A stretch of 64,000 nt of DNA. Origin: an uncultured Chthonomonadaceae bacterium (GTDB lineage Bacteria; Armatimonadota; Chthonomonadetes; Chthonomonadales; Chthonomonadaceae). Of this stretch, positions 20,267-31,136 are shown piece by piece. The DNA is taken from assembly GCA_963835065.1 (NCBI GenBank), contig CAWIEK010000049.1, positions 640,001 through 704,000 of the forward strand, in the 5' to 3' direction. Made by a program: the position numbers and the translations under genes. The number at the start of each line of letters is the position of its first letter. Within the stretch, counting starts at the first letter, position 1. Below the pieces are notes generated by a model. That model was given only the letters and a program-made list of their open reading frames with translations, was not told the DNA's origin and made no database searches.

Positions 20267-20527
20267 ATGCGCGAGCAGAACAGTCGAATCACAATCAATC
20301 CCAAACAATGCGGAGGCCGTCCCTGCATTCGGGGAATACGCATACGAGTTGTGGATGTTCTGAACCTATTCGCGTCAAACCTGAACGCCGAGCAGATTTT
20401 AGAAGAAATGCCCGATTTGGAGAAGAAAGACTTACAGGCAACGCTGGAATACGCGGCGAACCCCTTCTCCCAAACTTGGGAGAAGGGGCCAGGGTTTGAG
20501 GAGGGTTACTCGGTCGCCAATCCCTGA
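20267..20527 (+). CDS. DUF433 domain protein
   Basis: RITINPKQCGGRPCIRGIRIRV...LEYAA. Confidence 0.85.
   Translation: MREQNSRITINPKQCGGRPCIRGIRIRVVDVLNLFASNLNAEQILEEMPDLEKKDLQATLEYAANPFSQTWEKGPGFEEGYSVANP
20461..20501. repeat. REP-like palindrome (CCCCTTCTCCC...GGGAGAAGGGG family)
   Basis: Hairpin between convergent genes; a relative lies at 32944-32993. Confidence 0.6.
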
Positions 20528-22188
20528 TTTTTGGCTTCCTGCGTAGCGGTTGTTTTGGCCGCGTCGAGAGTTTCTTCCGCAACCGCCTGCACTTTGGTGG
20601 CGATGTCGGAAGCGGCGGACTGCGCCCGATTGAACAGTTCGTCGCGCTTCTGGCCCATGAAGCGGTTTTCCGGCTCTGTGGCGGGAAGCAACAGGCCCAC
20701 CGCCGCGCCAATGCCCAACGCCACTAAACCATAGGCCATCGGGTTGTCGTGGAACGTGTCCGATACCACGCCCTGCGCCTTGCGCGTCTGCTCCATCGCT
20801 GTCGAACCAAGCTGGCTGGCTTTGTCCCGCGCCTGGCTGGTCACTTGTGTTGCCTTATCCTTCGCCGCGCTCACCGCGCTGCTGACGGCATCGCTTGCCT
20901 GTCCCGCCTTGTCTTTGGCTGTACCCATTGCGCTGCTCACCTTATCTTTGGTGGTGTCCACGACACCGCCAACCTTGTCTTTCGCGCTGCCGGCTGCGTC
21001 TGACAGCTTATCTTTGGCGCTGCCGACCACATCCGTAACCTTGTCTTTGGCGCTGCCAACGGCGTCGGTTACTTTGTCTTTGGCGCTGCCAACAACGTCC
21101 GATACTTTGTCCTTCGCGTCCCCGACGGCCCCGGTAACAGCGTCTCCAACGTGCGCCGCTTTGTCCTTCACCGAATCTACCACGTCGCCGATTTTGCTGC
21201 CCACACTTGTGGAAGGCATATCCGACGGCAGATAGTCAGCGTAATCATCGCGCCGGTAATTCGTAGTCGCGCCATTATCGCGGCTGCGCATTATCAGCCA
21301 CGTCGCGCCCAACACCGCAGCGGCAATCGGAAGCGGGTTCTGGCTGACCGTGTTCAGCAGCGAGGAACCCACATTGCCACTGTTACTGCTTACGCTTCGT
21401 CCTATTCCATTCCCATCGGAAGAGGTTTCGATAATGATAATCTCTTCTTCCACCGGCATCAGTTCGACAGGCTGCGACGTGGGAAACATCGGATCGTAAT
21501 CCGTGTAATCGTAGTCGCCCGCATTACGGGTTCCATAGGTCGGAACCTTGTTGTCGTCCCGGTGTTTGAGATACAGATAGGTCGCGCCTACGGCAATCAG
21601 CGCGGTGGGCACGGGATTGCGCTTCACCGTGTCCAGCGCGGTTGTTCCGGCGCTGCTCACTCCTGCCATAACGCCTCCTGTGTTTCTGCGAGTATACGCG
21701 GGCGGGGTCGGAACTGTGCCGCGCAGCGAGTCAATAGCGGTATCCACGCTATGCTCTTCCTTGCCGCCCCCGAATACTTCGCCCACTTTGTCTTTGGCCG
21801 ACTGTACCGCGTTGCTGACGGTATCGCTGACGTTCTGCACTACGTTACTGACAGCATCCGCCGCGTTGTGCATCGCGTCGCCAACCGTATCCTTGACGTT
21901 TTCAACCGCCGTGCTGACGCTTTCCTTGACATTATCGCGGGCGGCATCCAGCGCGTCAACCGCAGCGTCCCTGACATGTTCTTTGGCCTGCTCCAGCACA
22001 ACCTGCGGATTCAGTTTTTCTTTGATCGCTTCCAGCGTTTCCTCAATGTCGTGCCGGGTATGCTCGATGTCGCTGCGCATGGCAACGATCTCGACCGTCT
22101 CATCCTCGCCGCCATGCGTCCCTGCTGCGGCATTGATCCCCGCCCGATCTGTTGCGGCCTGGTCTATTCCAACGGGAAGATCAGCCAT
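20506..22188 (-). CDS. DUF3618/DUF883-like stress protein with 11-aa LEA-like repeats
   Basis: MRSDIEHTRHDIEETLEAIKEKLNP; tandem KDKVTDAVGSA repeats; C-terminal NPMAYGLVALGIG. Confidence 0.75.
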   Translation of the reverse strand: MADLPVGIDQAATDRAGINAAAGTHGGEDETVEIVAMRSDIEHTRHDIEETLEAIKEKLNPQVVLEQAKEHVRDAAVDALDAARDNVKESVSTAVENVKDTVGDAMHNAADAVSNVVQNVSDTVSNAVQSAKDKVGEVFGGGKEEHSVDTAIDSLRGTVPTPPAYTRRNTGGVMAGVSSAGTTALDTVKRNPVPTALIAVGATYLYLKHRDDNKVPTYGTRNAGDYDYTDYDPMFPTSQPVELMPVEEEIIIIETSSDGNGIGRSVSSNSGNVGSSLLNTVSQNPLPIAAAVLGATWLIMRSRDNGATTNYRRDDYADYLPSDMPSTSVGSKIGDVVDSVKDKAAHVGDAVTGAVGDAKDKVSDVVGSAKDKVTDAVGSAKDKVTDVVGSAKDKLSDAAGSAKDKVGGVVDTTKDKVSSAMGTAKDKAGQASDAVSSAVSAAKDKATQVTSQARDKASQLGSTAMEQTRKAQGVVSDTFHDNPMAYGLVALGIGAAVGLLLPATEPENRFMGQKRDELFNRAQSAASDIATKVQAVAEETLDAAKTTATQEAKNQGLATE

Positions 22189-22576
22189 GTTTCAACTCCT
22201 TCAGCGAATCTATAGTTTGGTGCGGCGTCAAATCCGCTCCCTTTATGGCGCTAATCCCCTTCATCACCAACGCGCCGCCAATGCCCGTAACTACCGCCCC
22301 TACAAGCAAGGCAGACACCCAGCCGGGTAAATGGAACACTTCAACCAACAGCAAGGCGATGGAAGCCACCAGCATCAGTACGCCCGCATACGCCAGTGCG
22401 CCGCCGGCCACCAAGAGGCCGATATTCTTGGTGACGTTTGCCAGTTTCTGGCTCATTTCGGTTTTGGCAAGTGTTAATTCCTGCCGCACCAGCGTGATTG
22501 TGTCCTGCGACAACCGCCCCAGCAATTCGCCAAGCGAACTGTCTTCTTTTTGTTGGGGAGCTTGATACATCGTCAT
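22181..22576 (-). CDS. Holin-X/DUF1469-like membrane protein
   Basis: SLGEL..LSQD..TLVRQELTLAKTE, two TM helices, PHQTIDSLKE. Confidence 0.85.
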   Translation of the reverse strand: MTMYQAPQQKEDSSLGELLGRLSQDTITLVRQELTLAKTEMSQKLANVTKNIGLLVAGGALAYAGVLMLVASIALLLVEVFHLPGWVSALLVGAVVTGIGGALVMKGISAIKGADLTPHQTIDSLKELKHG

Positions 22577-22585
22577 GGCTTGTTA

Positions 22586-23314
22586 TTAGCCTCCTGTGCC
22601 CAACGGCGAATCGTACTGCGTTTCTATAGGAACCGGCAGCAGGCGATCCGTGGAAGGCGCGTACCCGGACGAACCAGCCGAACCGCCGGTGCTTTTCAGG
22701 AAGCGGGCCAGCATAATGCCCAACACAAACGCGCCCCCGATGAACAAGCCGGGCTGGCGGCGGGCAAACTGCTCCGTATCGCGGATGATGTCATCTACAG
22801 TTGCATCGCGTAAACGGGAGGACACCGTTCGTACCGTATCTGCGGCGCTGGCAGCCACATCCGCCACCTGTCCCATGTTGTTGGGATCATGCGCGCGCAA
22901 TTGATCGCCCGTGTCTTTGACCGCTCCGGCAATGCCGTCCAGTCCATCGGCGGCGGCATCCAACTGCGTTTCGATCCAGCCTTTGGTGCGAACGCGCGCC
23001 TGGTCAATGGCTTCGCCCGCTTTGCGCTGCGTATGCTCCACGACCTTCTGCGCCTGCTGCTTGGCTTGATCTACAATGGGCGCGGCGACACTGGCAACGC
23101 TGCTTGGGGTACTTGCGCCGTTTGTAGGCGCGCTCGTTGTTGATTCTGTCGTACTACCGGAAATAGGGGCAGTGGCGCTGCTGCCCGCGTCCGTAACGCC
23201 CATAATGGCGGCGGCTTCGGCGGCGCTTTCCGCCGGTCCGGGATCAGGGTGGTTAAAATGGTCATCCGGGTCTTGCGGCATGGCAGGGGGATTCCCCAAC
23301 TGGCTATCAGACAT
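22586..23314 (-). CDS. Hypothetical stress-cluster protein
   Basis: AAGGAG RBS; C-terminal FARRQPGLFIGGAFVLG..LARFLKS typical of this gene triad. Confidence 0.7.
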   Translation of the reverse strand: MSDSQLGNPPAMPQDPDDHFNHPDPGPAESAAEAAAIMGVTDAGSSATAPISGSTTESTTSAPTNGASTPSSVASVAAPIVDQAKQQAQKVVEHTQRKAGEAIDQARVRTKGWIETQLDAAADGLDGIAGAVKDTGDQLRAHDPNNMGQVADVAASAADTVRTVSSRLRDATVDDIIRDTEQFARRQPGLFIGGAFVLGIMLARFLKSTGGSAGSSGYAPSTDRLLPVPIETQYDSPLGTGG

Positions 23315-23754
23315 GGCAAACTCCTTGCTCGCAACAAGGCGAGATGATATAATGTGCAGGCGCGAAGGTGACCGGCGGCAGTCAGCGCAAACGCGCGAGC
23401 CGAACACGTGTCAGAACGATTGTCGAAAATGCTTTGTTCCCGGTTGTTTCCACAGGAAGCGCTATACGAACCGAACTGGCATAACTGCCTACCTGCGTCT
23501 ACGCCATAGGTGATAGATGGTTGTATGAGCGTTCTGTCAATCAGAAATCATGGCTCAAAACAGTAACAGCCGTGACAATAAAGCTCGGCTGCATAACTCC
23601 TATCAACGTTTGAAGAGGCAGTTTGAAAAAGCGGAACAATGCGCGATTGGCAGGCCGTCATAGAGGTGTGCGGCTGCTTGAAGCCACTTGCTCCCCTACA
23701 GCCGCACACTCCCCTGAAGATGATTTAATATACGGAATAAAGCGAGGATTGCCA

Positions 23755-24237
23755 ATGTCCCAATTGATTACGGGGCTGTTTGATACACACGCCGACGCGG
23801 AAAACGCCATTACGCAGTTGAAGCAGCACGGGTATACGGCGAACGAGATCAGCGTGATTATGAAGGATGCGCAGGAAGCGCAGGCGCTCAGTGAAAGTTC
23901 CGGCACACATGCGGCGGAAACTTCTACTGCAGCAATTGGCGGCGGAGTTGGGGCGTTACTTGGTGGATTGCTTGCTATCAGCGCGGTTGCCATTCCCGGT
24001 ATCGGGCTAATTGCGGCGGGCGCACTGGCGGCGCTGTTTGTGGGTGGGGGCGGCGTAACCGGCTCTGTCGTCGGCTGGCTGGTAGGCGCGGGGATTCCCG
24101 AAGACACCGCCGCCCATTACGAACAGGGTTTGCATCAAGGCGGCATTGTACTTGCAATCGCCACGCATCCCGGAGATGAAGCCTACGTGCAGAGTATTCT
24201 CAGTAGCAATACCGCTCAATCCAGTACCTCTCTTTAA
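23755..24237 (+). CDS. General stress protein (YflT/17M-like)
   Basis: ITGLFDTHADAE.AI..L...GY, glycine zipper, IPGIG, GIPE..A..YE. Confidence 0.8.
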   Translation: MSQLITGLFDTHADAENAITQLKQHGYTANEISVIMKDAQEAQALSESSGTHAAETSTAAIGGGVGALLGGLLAISAVAIPGIGLIAAGALAALFVGGGGVTGSVVGWLVGAGIPEDTAAHYEQGLHQGGIVLAIATHPGDEAYVQSILSSNTAQSSTSL

Positions 24238-25230
24238 CGGCGGGCGCACACGAAATTTTTACGGTAATACGACTCGCTGAGGTGGCTGACGGTCACTTGA
24301 TGTTTGCCGGAAGACGCATGGATGAAGTAGCCGTTGCCGACATAAAAACCCGTGTGGTGGACGCCAAGCCGCTCGGTGCGGGGCGTGAAGTACAGGCGGT
24401 CACCGGGCTGCAGCTGGTCTACGGGAACCGGAACGCCATACGCCATCTGGTCGGAGCCTAAACGCGGCAGGGGAAAGCCCAACGCGCCGTACACGTTCTT
24501 GACGAAACCGGAGCAATCAATGCCGCCATAGGTATTGCCGCCCCACACGTAGGGAACGCCCAGATACTTGTAAGCCTCGTTCAGAAAACGCCTGCGGGCT
24601 GGCGGTAAAGTACGGGCGGTCACTTCGCGGGTAAACGTCCGGGCCGCCAATGCCTGTGGGAGCGCTGCCGTTGCTGATGTCGGGGGAAGCCTGCTGCGTC
24701 GGCCATTGCCCATTGGACACCACCTGATAATCCAGCATCCGCACCGCTGCGCGATGTATCCACCCCATTGAGCCGTCCGCCATCAAAACGCCGTACCATT
24801 CCCCCTGCTCGTCTTCAATGGCAATATAGGTTCCCGCCCCTGCCGTGATTAACTGCGCCCCGTGTTCGCTGCGCGTCCGGCGTATGGGCGTGGCATGGTC
24901 TATCTGCCCCAAGCGGCCCACAACCCGGTCGCTGCCTGCCTGCCCCCGCGAGGACAAGGCGCCCCTGTCAGGATGATAACGTCCCTGACTGCGCAGGCTT
25001 GCGTCACCGGAACGGGGCGCGACATTGGTACGCGCCGCCGTTGCCCGCGTACGCGCCTTTTCCTGCGCCCGCATCTCCTGCGCTTCTTTGGACGGCGGCA
25101 ATTCCAGCGTCAGCGATTGATCGGCACGAACGATGCAGGAACCTTTCAGGCCAAAGAGCAGAACGAATAAGCAAGTACGCGCCAAAACGGACGCGCGGAC
25201 ATTTCGGGTCAAGTGAGCGGAATGGAGCAA
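24234..25230 (-). CDS. SH3 + NlpC/P60 cell-wall peptidase, frameshift near 24590
   Basis: C-terminal YLGVPYVWGG...IDCSG...HHTG..FIHAS; the N-terminal signal peptide and SH3-like part are in an adjacent frame. Confidence 0.85.
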
Positions 25231-25523
25231 CGCGGAACCTCCTCTGCACCTCGCAAGCGCTATTCTTGCAGCGCCGACAAAGCCGATGTGAAGCAGATTT
25301 CAGGAAAACAACAGCAGGGGATAAAACACAGAACGACAAGGTTCATTATCGGCAGGAGGGGGCCGATTTTGCAATACAATCCTAAAGACGGCATAACCTG
25401 CCGCCAAAGTGCGGTTCAAACCATTTGTCTTCAGCGTTAGCGCGACGGGGTTCAGCCCATCGCGCCAACACAAAGAACCTACAAAAACAACTACAATTCT
25501 CACCACGCGCAAACAAAGCGCGT

Positions 25524-25919
25524 TTACCGCTTGCTGAACTGGAAGCCGCGACGGGCGCGCTTGCGTCCGTATTTTTTGCGCTCTTTAACGCGGGGATCGC
25601 GGGTCAGCAGTCCGGTGCGGCGCAGGCGCGGACGCAATTCGGGGTCGGATTCCAGCAGGGCTTTGGAGATGCCGTGCCGAACGGCTCCCGCCTGCCCCGA
25701 AATGCCGCCGCCTTTGCAGTGCGCGATTACATCAAAACGGCCTTCGGTTTCCGTGATCTCGAACGGCTGTTGAATCAAGCGCGACAGTACGCGCCGTCCC
25801 AGATACTTTTCCGCCGGACGGTCGTTGATCGTCACCGTGCCCGAACCGGGCGCAAGCCATACGCGGGCAATCGCGTTTTTGCGCTTGCCGGTTCCATAAA
25901 AGCGATTTGCGTCTGCCAC
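25524..25919 (-). CDS. rpsI: 30S ribosomal protein S9
   Basis: [12 protein letters not shown]...RRGFQFSKR. Confidence 0.98.
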   Translation of the reverse strand: MADANRFYGTGKRKNAIARVWLAPGSGTVTINDRPAEKYLGRRVLSRLIQQPFEITETEGRFDVIAHCKGGGISGQAGAVRHGISKALLESDPELRPRLRRTGLLTRDPRVKERKKYGRKRARRGFQFSKR

Positions 25920-25921
25920 GC

Positions 25922-26392
25922 TTACTCTCCCTTGTTGGTCGGATCGGCCTGTACGCCGCCCGTAAAGATGATGGGGCCTTGCGCCTCATGCGGATGTGTC
26001 GGGCCGCTGTACACTTTCAGCTTCTTGATAACGGCGTCGCCCAGTTTGTTGTGCGGAATCATGCCGCGCACAACGCGGCGAACGGCCTCTTCAGGCTTCT
26101 TCGTCAGTTCATCCTGCCGCTTGATGCTTTTCAGCGCGCCCGGCCAGCCCGTGTGGTGGTACACCGGCTCGCCCGGCTTGTTCGCGCCGGTCAAAATCAC
26201 TTTGTCGGCATTGATGATAATAACGTGGTCGCCCGTATCCACGTTTGGCGTGAAAATGGGCTTGTGCTTGCCGCGCAGGACTTTGGCCGCGTCTACCGCC
26301 AGCCGTCCAAGCGGCTTGTTCGTCGCGTCCATCACATACCAGACGCGCTGCGCTTCCATATCCTCGGCGCGAGCCGATTTGGTGGTTTTCAT
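25922..26392 (-). CDS. rplM: 50S ribosomal protein L13
   Basis: WYVMDA..LGRLA...[15 protein letters not shown]. Confidence 0.98.
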   Translation of the reverse strand: MKTTKSARAEDMEAQRVWYVMDATNKPLGRLAVDAAKVLRGKHKPIFTPNVDTGDHVIIINADKVILTGANKPGEPVYHHTGWPGALKSIKRQDELTKKPEEAVRRVVRGMIPHNKLGDAVIKKLKVYSGPTHPHEAQGPIIFTGGVQADPTNKGE

Positions 26393-26502
26393 TAGTTGAT
26401 TTCCCGCCCAAAACACGGTATTCAGGTGTTCGGGTATTCAGGTATTGGGTACTCGGTAGTGGGTATCAGGTATTCTGTTCCCTGTTCCCTGTTCCCTGTT
26501 CC

Positions 26503-27315
26503 CTATGTTTCGCTTTCACTGCCATTTGCCAGATCGAGCGCAAGCCGCTCGGCGTGTTCGGCTTTGTAGTCTTTGCGGACGCCGTATCGCGCTTTGAGCA
26601 GGCATAAGCCCTGCGGCGGCGCGGAGGGGCCGGCTTGCCTGCGGTCACGGGTTTGTAGCAAGCGGGGAATATCTTCCGCCGAACGCTTGCCAAAGCCGAC
26701 TTCCAGCAGGGTTCCCACGACGTTGCGCACCATGCCGCGCAGAAAAGCGTTGGCTTCGATACGCACCAGCACGAACCGATGATAACGTCCGACCTGCAAG
26801 CGCATCACATCGCGCATTGTGGGTTGATCCGCCATCAGTTCATTGGTGAAGCAGGCAAAATCCTGTTCGCCAAGCAAGTATCGCGCCGCTTCCTGCATAG
26901 CAGTCACATCCAGAGGTCCGGGGCGCAGCGCGCTGTAACGGCTCCAGATCGCGGACGGCGTACTCCGGTTCAGAATCAGGTACGCATACAAGCGCGAGGA
27001 CGCGGAAAACCGCGCATTAAAATCGCCGTCTACGCGCTCCACCTGCCGAATGGTAACATCGGAAGGCAGCGCGCTGTTCAAGGCAATCGCCATACGCTCA
27101 AACGGAATTGATGTCTCGCATTCAAAGCTGATAACCTGCCCCAATGCGTGAACGCCCGCGTCCGTCCGCCCCGCTCCCGTAATCCGAACATCCTGCCGCG
27201 TCCGCTCCTTAAGCGCCGTTTCCAGCACCCCCTGCACCGTTCGGATGTTGTGCTGCCACTGAAAGCCCGAAAAGTTCGTGCCGTCGTATTCCACTGTGGC
27301 TTTGAAATGGTTCAT
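26503..27315 (-). CDS. truA: tRNA pseudouridine(38-40) synthase
   Basis: YDGTNFSGFQ, GRTDAGVHA, FLRGMVR. Confidence 0.97.
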   Translation of the reverse strand: MNHFKATVEYDGTNFSGFQWQHNIRTVQGVLETALKERTRQDVRITGAGRTDAGVHALGQVISFECETSIPFERMAIALNSALPSDVTIRQVERVDGDFNARFSASSRLYAYLILNRSTPSAIWSRYSALRPGPLDVTAMQEAARYLLGEQDFACFTNELMADQPTMRDVMRLQVGRYHRFVLVRIEANAFLRGMVRNVVGTLLEVGFGKRSAEDIPRLLQTRDRRQAGPSAPPQGLCLLKARYGVRKDYKAEHAERLALDLANGSESET

Positions 27316-27439
27316 AGTTGATAGTTGATAGTTGATAGTTGACTCGCCATGACATATTAGCGTTCAGGTATCGGCGGCATACAGCCGGAAGCGACTTCCT
27401 CACGCCTCCTATCAACTATCAACTATCAACTATCAACTA
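27313..27439. repeat. Inverted heptamer-array hairpin element (ATAGTTG)n spanning rplQ stop to truA start
   Basis: (atagttg)4 ... (caactat)4. Confidence 0.85.
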
Positions 27440-27988
27440 ACTCCTTCTCCGTCCCAATCCGAACAGGCCGCGTCGTCCATCGCTGGTGACGGTGGCCGTT
27501 ACCGGGGTGGCGTCGGGTTCGGGGATGGGCACTTCATTGCCTTCAACGAACTCCAGCAGCACCATCGGCGCGGCATCGCCGCGTCGGAAGCCGATTTTGG
27601 TAATGCGCGTATACCCGCCGTTGCGATCCATGTAGCGGGGCGCGATTTCTTCAAACAAGCGCGGCACGACATAGTACGGGTTACGGGCAATCTTCGCGCC
27701 GCCGCGCGGTCCTTTGTTGGATTGGTCGCGCACAAACTCATCAATGTTGCTGTCTACCCACCGGCGCACCAATCGGCGCGTGTGCAGGCGCATGGCGACG
27801 GGCGCGTCCACGCCGCCCTTGCGGGCAATGGTGACAAGCTTTTCCACGATAGGACGCACTTCTTTGGCGCGCGTTTCCGTCGTGACAATCCGGTCATTAA
27901 GCAGCAGGCTGCGGGTCAAACTTTTCAGCAGCGCGCGCCGCTGGTCGCTTGGCAATCCAAGCTTTCGATAGGCTTTGCGGTGACGCAT
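27437..27988 (-). CDS. rplQ: 50S ribosomal protein L17 (with internal and C-terminal extensions)
   Basis: MRHRK...RNGGYTRI.K...RRGDAAPM. Confidence 0.97.
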   Translation of the reverse strand: MRHRKAYRKLGLPSDQRRALLKSLTRSLLLNDRIVTTETRAKEVRPIVEKLVTIARKGGVDAPVAMRLHTRRLVRRWVDSNIDEFVRDQSNKGPRGGAKIARNPYYVVPRLFEEIAPRYMDRNGGYTRITKIGFRRGDAAPMVLLEFVEGNEVPIPEPDATPVTATVTSDGRRGLFGLGRRRS

Positions 27989-28005
27989 TTGTTTTCCTTC
28001 GGAAA

Positions 28006-28134
28006 GGGGGAAGATAAGAGATAAGAGATAAGAGATATTAGTAAAACCTATATCTTGCTCAACGCTTTGCGAGAAGCGGAAGGAACTGAGGTCTAGTCCT
28101 GAACTAATATCTCTTATCTCTTATCTTCCCCCTA
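28006..28134. repeat. Inverted heptamer-array hairpin element (GATAAGA)n
   Basis: gggggaagataagagataaga ... tcttatctcttatcttccccc. Confidence 0.8.
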
Positions 28135-29145
28135 CTCCGTATCGTTCTCGCCTTCGGCGTCGGGGTCTTCTTCGTCCAGATTGACGGTGGAGCCGCCTTT
28201 GAGCGATAAGCCAAGCTGTCCAAGTTTTTCGCGGACTTCCGTCAGCGACTTGCGGCCAAAGTTGCGAATCTGCATTAAATCGGCTTCCGTAAACTGCACC
28301 AGTTCGTTGATGGTGAGAATGTTGGCCTTCTTCAAGCAGTTGTAAGTGCGAACCGAAAAATCCAGTTCTTCAATGCGCAGGTACGGCGGTTCGGGGCCGT
28401 TGTCCTGAAGGATCGGGCCGGGGGCTATTAACCCGCCTATGCCCGCCCGGAAACTGGCGAACAATCCGAAATACTGGCCCAGGATTTTGGCGGCCTCGCT
28501 GATCGCCGATTCGGGCGTAATTGTGCCGTTTGTCCACACTTCCAGTATCAGCCGCTCCAGGTTCGTGTTCGATCCCTGCCGCGTGGCTTCAACCGTGTAG
28601 TTTACTTTGCGCACGGGCGTAAACGCGGCTCCCATTGGGATCACGCCGATGCCCATTTGACTGCGGCGCTCTTGGCGTTCCGGGAGAACGTAGCCCTTGT
28701 TGGTTTCAATGGTCATTTCCACGAACAAGCGCGCGTCTTCGTCCGAAATCGTCGCAATGTACGCTTCCGGGTTGACCACTTCCACATCGGCGGGACAATG
28801 CACGTCCGCGCCGGTGACAATGCCTTCGCCCTTGCGATCAATGCTGATGGTGACGGGTTCGTGCCGCTCGCCGCTGCCATTCGTATGCACTTTGACAAAC
28901 ACATCTTTGAGGTTCAGCAGCAATTCCGTGGTATCTTCCTTCACGCCCGGAATAGTGGAGAACTCATGCAGCACTTTGTCAATTTTCACATACGTAATCG
29001 CCGCCCCCGGAATCGAAGACAGCAGCACACGGCGCAGGGAGTTGCCCAGCGTCACCCCATACCCCCGGTCCAGCGGCTCCACAATGAACTTGCCGTAGTT
29101 CGTTTCGGAGTCGAGCTTCTGGATGTTCGGCAGGGTCAGGTCCAT
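28132..29145 (-). CDS. rpoA: RNA polymerase subunit alpha
   Basis: EPLDRGYGVTLGNSLRRVLLSSIPG; IEELDFSVRTYNCL. Confidence 0.98.
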   Translation of the reverse strand: MDLTLPNIQKLDSETNYGKFIVEPLDRGYGVTLGNSLRRVLLSSIPGAAITYVKIDKVLHEFSTIPGVKEDTTELLLNLKDVFVKVHTNGSGERHEPVTISIDRKGEGIVTGADVHCPADVEVVNPEAYIATISDEDARLFVEMTIETNKGYVLPERQERRSQMGIGVIPMGAAFTPVRKVNYTVEATRQGSNTNLERLILEVWTNGTITPESAISEAAKILGQYFGLFASFRAGIGGLIAPGPILQDNGPEPPYLRIEELDFSVRTYNCLKKANILTINELVQFTEADLMQIRNFGRKSLTEVREKLGQLGLSLKGGSTVNLDEEDPDAEGENDTE

Positions 29146-29164
29146 ATTTCTCACTCTCCTTCGC

Positions 29165-29272
29165 AGGCATTAGGCATTAGGCATTAGGCACCTACCTTAA
29201 TGCTTTCGCGCCCTCGTAAGCACAAAGCAACCAGGCATTTCCTAATGCCTAATGCCTGATGCCTAATGCCTA
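29165..29272. repeat. Inverted heptamer-array hairpin element (AGGCATT)n
   Basis: (aggcatt)n ... (aatgcct)n. Confidence 0.85.
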
Positions 29273-29276
29273 CCTC

Positions 29277-29948
29277 CTACCGCGAATAGAACTCGATGAT
29301 GAGCTGTTCGCGAATATGGGCGATGTCGCCGCTTTCTTTCAGTTCGTTGAGCGTGGGAACCGAGACGATGCGGCCTTCCATGGCATTAGTGTTGAACTGA
29401 AGCCAGATGGGCAGGCTGCGCCGGATCACGCGGTCGCGCGCTTCGCGGATGCCGCCCGTACGGGTTGCGCTCTCATGGACGCCGACCACATCACCGGGCT
29501 TCAAAATATACGAAGGAATGTTGACGCGCTGACCGTTAATAGTAAAGTGGCGGTGCGTGATCATCTGCCGGGCCTGCGCGCGGCTGGCGGCGAGTCCCAA
29601 ACGATAAATCACGTTGTCGAAGCGCGACTCCAGCAGGCGCAGCAGGTTTTCACCCGTAACGCCCGGCAGGCGCAGGGCTTCGTCAAGATAGTTGTGGAAT
29701 TGTTTTTCCAGAACGCGGTACACGCGGCGGAGTTTCTGCTTTTCGCGCAGCTGCTGCCCGTATTCCGTAATTTTGCGCTGAAAGGCGGGAGCGCCGTGCA
29801 TTCCCGGCGGCTTGTCGCGCCATTTGGTTTTCCCGTCCCGACTCTGTTTGTCGAGCGTACAGTGGGTGAAGCACTTATCGCCCTTGAGGTACAGTTTCAA
29901 TCCCTCGCGGCGACATTGGCGACACCGGGGATCATGATTATTAGCCAT
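29277..29948 (-). CDS. rpsD: 30S ribosomal protein S4
   Basis: CRREG.KLYLKG, QLREKQK, LESRFDN, EFYSR. Confidence 0.98.
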   Translation of the reverse strand: MANNHDPRCRQCRREGLKLYLKGDKCFTHCTLDKQSRDGKTKWRDKPPGMHGAPAFQRKITEYGQQLREKQKLRRVYRVLEKQFHNYLDEALRLPGVTGENLLRLLESRFDNVIYRLGLAASRAQARQMITHRHFTINGQRVNIPSYILKPGDVVGVHESATRTGGIREARDRVIRRSLPIWLQFNTNAMEGRIVSVPTLNELKESGDIAHIREQLIIEFYSR

Positions 29949-30165
29949 AACGAACCAGATGCTCCTTGTGGTCTGTTGCTAGTTGCCACCAAGTGACAGC
30001 AGGAGAGAGTAATGAATGATGAGTGATGAATGATGAATGACAAATCCATTCTTCAATCAAGCAATCTCCGTTCATCCGGTATACAGGTTCTCTCCAGGGT
30101 GTTTACACGCGGCCATTGTTCTTGTAAATGGCCTGACGCTTCCTCCACCTGCACATCACAATCGT

Positions 30166-30317
30166 ATTTTGGATTTCCGATTTTGGAGTTTGGATTATTC
30201 CCAAACTCCGCAACAAAACTCCTATTTATCAAACAGGCAACAAATATTTCACACTATATTATGGACAAGACTTCCGATGGTTATAATTCAAAATCGAAAA
30301 TCCTCAATCCAAAATCG
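30166..30317. repeat. Degenerate inverted heptamer element (GATTTTG / CAAAATC)
   Basis: ttttggatttccgattttggag ... caaaatcgaaaatcctcaatccaaaatcg; a separate (gatgaat)n run lies at 30010-30040. Confidence 0.6.
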
Positions 30318-30728
30318 TCACACGCGCCGTCGCTTGGGCGGGCGGCAGCCGTTGTGCGGAATGGGCGTCACGTCTTTGATAAGACTGACTTCCAGGCCGA
30401 CATTTTGCAGCGCGCGAATAGCCGTTTCGCGGCCCGCGCCGGGTCCTTTGACATACACTTCCACGCGCCGCAGCCCATGCTCCATTGCCGCGCGGGATGC
30501 GCGCTCTGAAGCGATCTGCGCCGCGAACGGCGTACCCTTGCGGGTTCCCTTGAACATGCCCACGCTGCCCGCGCTGGCCCAGGAAAGCGTCGCGCCCTGC
30601 ATGTCGGTAATCGTCACCAGCGTATTGTTAAACGTGGATTGGATGTGGACAATGCCGGCCACAACGTTCTTTTTCTCTTTCGACTTCGGCTTGCCTGCGC
30701 TGCCCTTTGTCGTTTGTTTATTCGCCAT
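30318..30728 (-). CDS. rpsK: 30S ribosomal protein S11
   Basis: HIQSTFNNT...TPFAAQ...[12 protein letters not shown]. Confidence 0.98.
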   Translation of the reverse strand: MANKQTTKGSAGKPKSKEKKNVVAGIVHIQSTFNNTLVTITDMQGATLSWASAGSVGMFKGTRKGTPFAAQIASERASRAAMEHGLRRVEVYVKGPGAGRETAIRALQNVGLEVSLIKDVTPIPHNGCRPPKRRRV

Positions 30729-30739
30729 GCGATTCTCCC

Positions 30740-31117
30740 CTACTTCTTCGGTTTCTTCTTGCCGGCTACGGCGCGCTTGGGACCCTTGCGGAAACGGGCG
30801 TTGGTTTTGGTGCGCTGGCCGCGCACCGGCAGGCCGCGCCGATGCCGCAGGCCACGATAGCAGCCGATTTCAATCAGACGCCGGATGCTCATCGCGAACT
30901 CGCGGCGCAAGTCACCCTCGACGCGAAAATCGCGCTCCAGGATTTCGCGCATTTTACCGGTTTCGGTTTCGGTCAAATCCCGAACGCGCGTAACCGGGTT
31001 GATGCCCGCCCGCTCAACGATCTTTTTGGCGCTGGTCAGCCCGATGCCGTAGATGTAGGTGAGCGCATATTCAATGCGTTTGTCGCGTGGCAGGTCCACG
31101 CCAGCAATACGTGCCAA
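30740..31117 (-). CDS. rpsM: 30S ribosomal protein S13
   Basis: ARIAGVDLP...[22 protein letters not shown]. Confidence 0.98.
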   Translation of the reverse strand: MARIAGVDLPRDKRIEYALTYIYGIGLTSAKKIVERAGINPVTRVRDLTETETGKMREILERDFRVEGDLRREFAMSIRRLIEIGCYRGLRHRRGLPVRGQRTKTNARFRKGPKRAVAGKKKPKK

Positions 31118-31136
31118 ACCGCTCCTCCTTGCGAGG

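Noticed and set aside
22181..22576. Holin as evidence of a prophage
   Set aside because: Holin-X/DUF1469 proteins occur in stress clusters; no phage structural or replication genes nearby.
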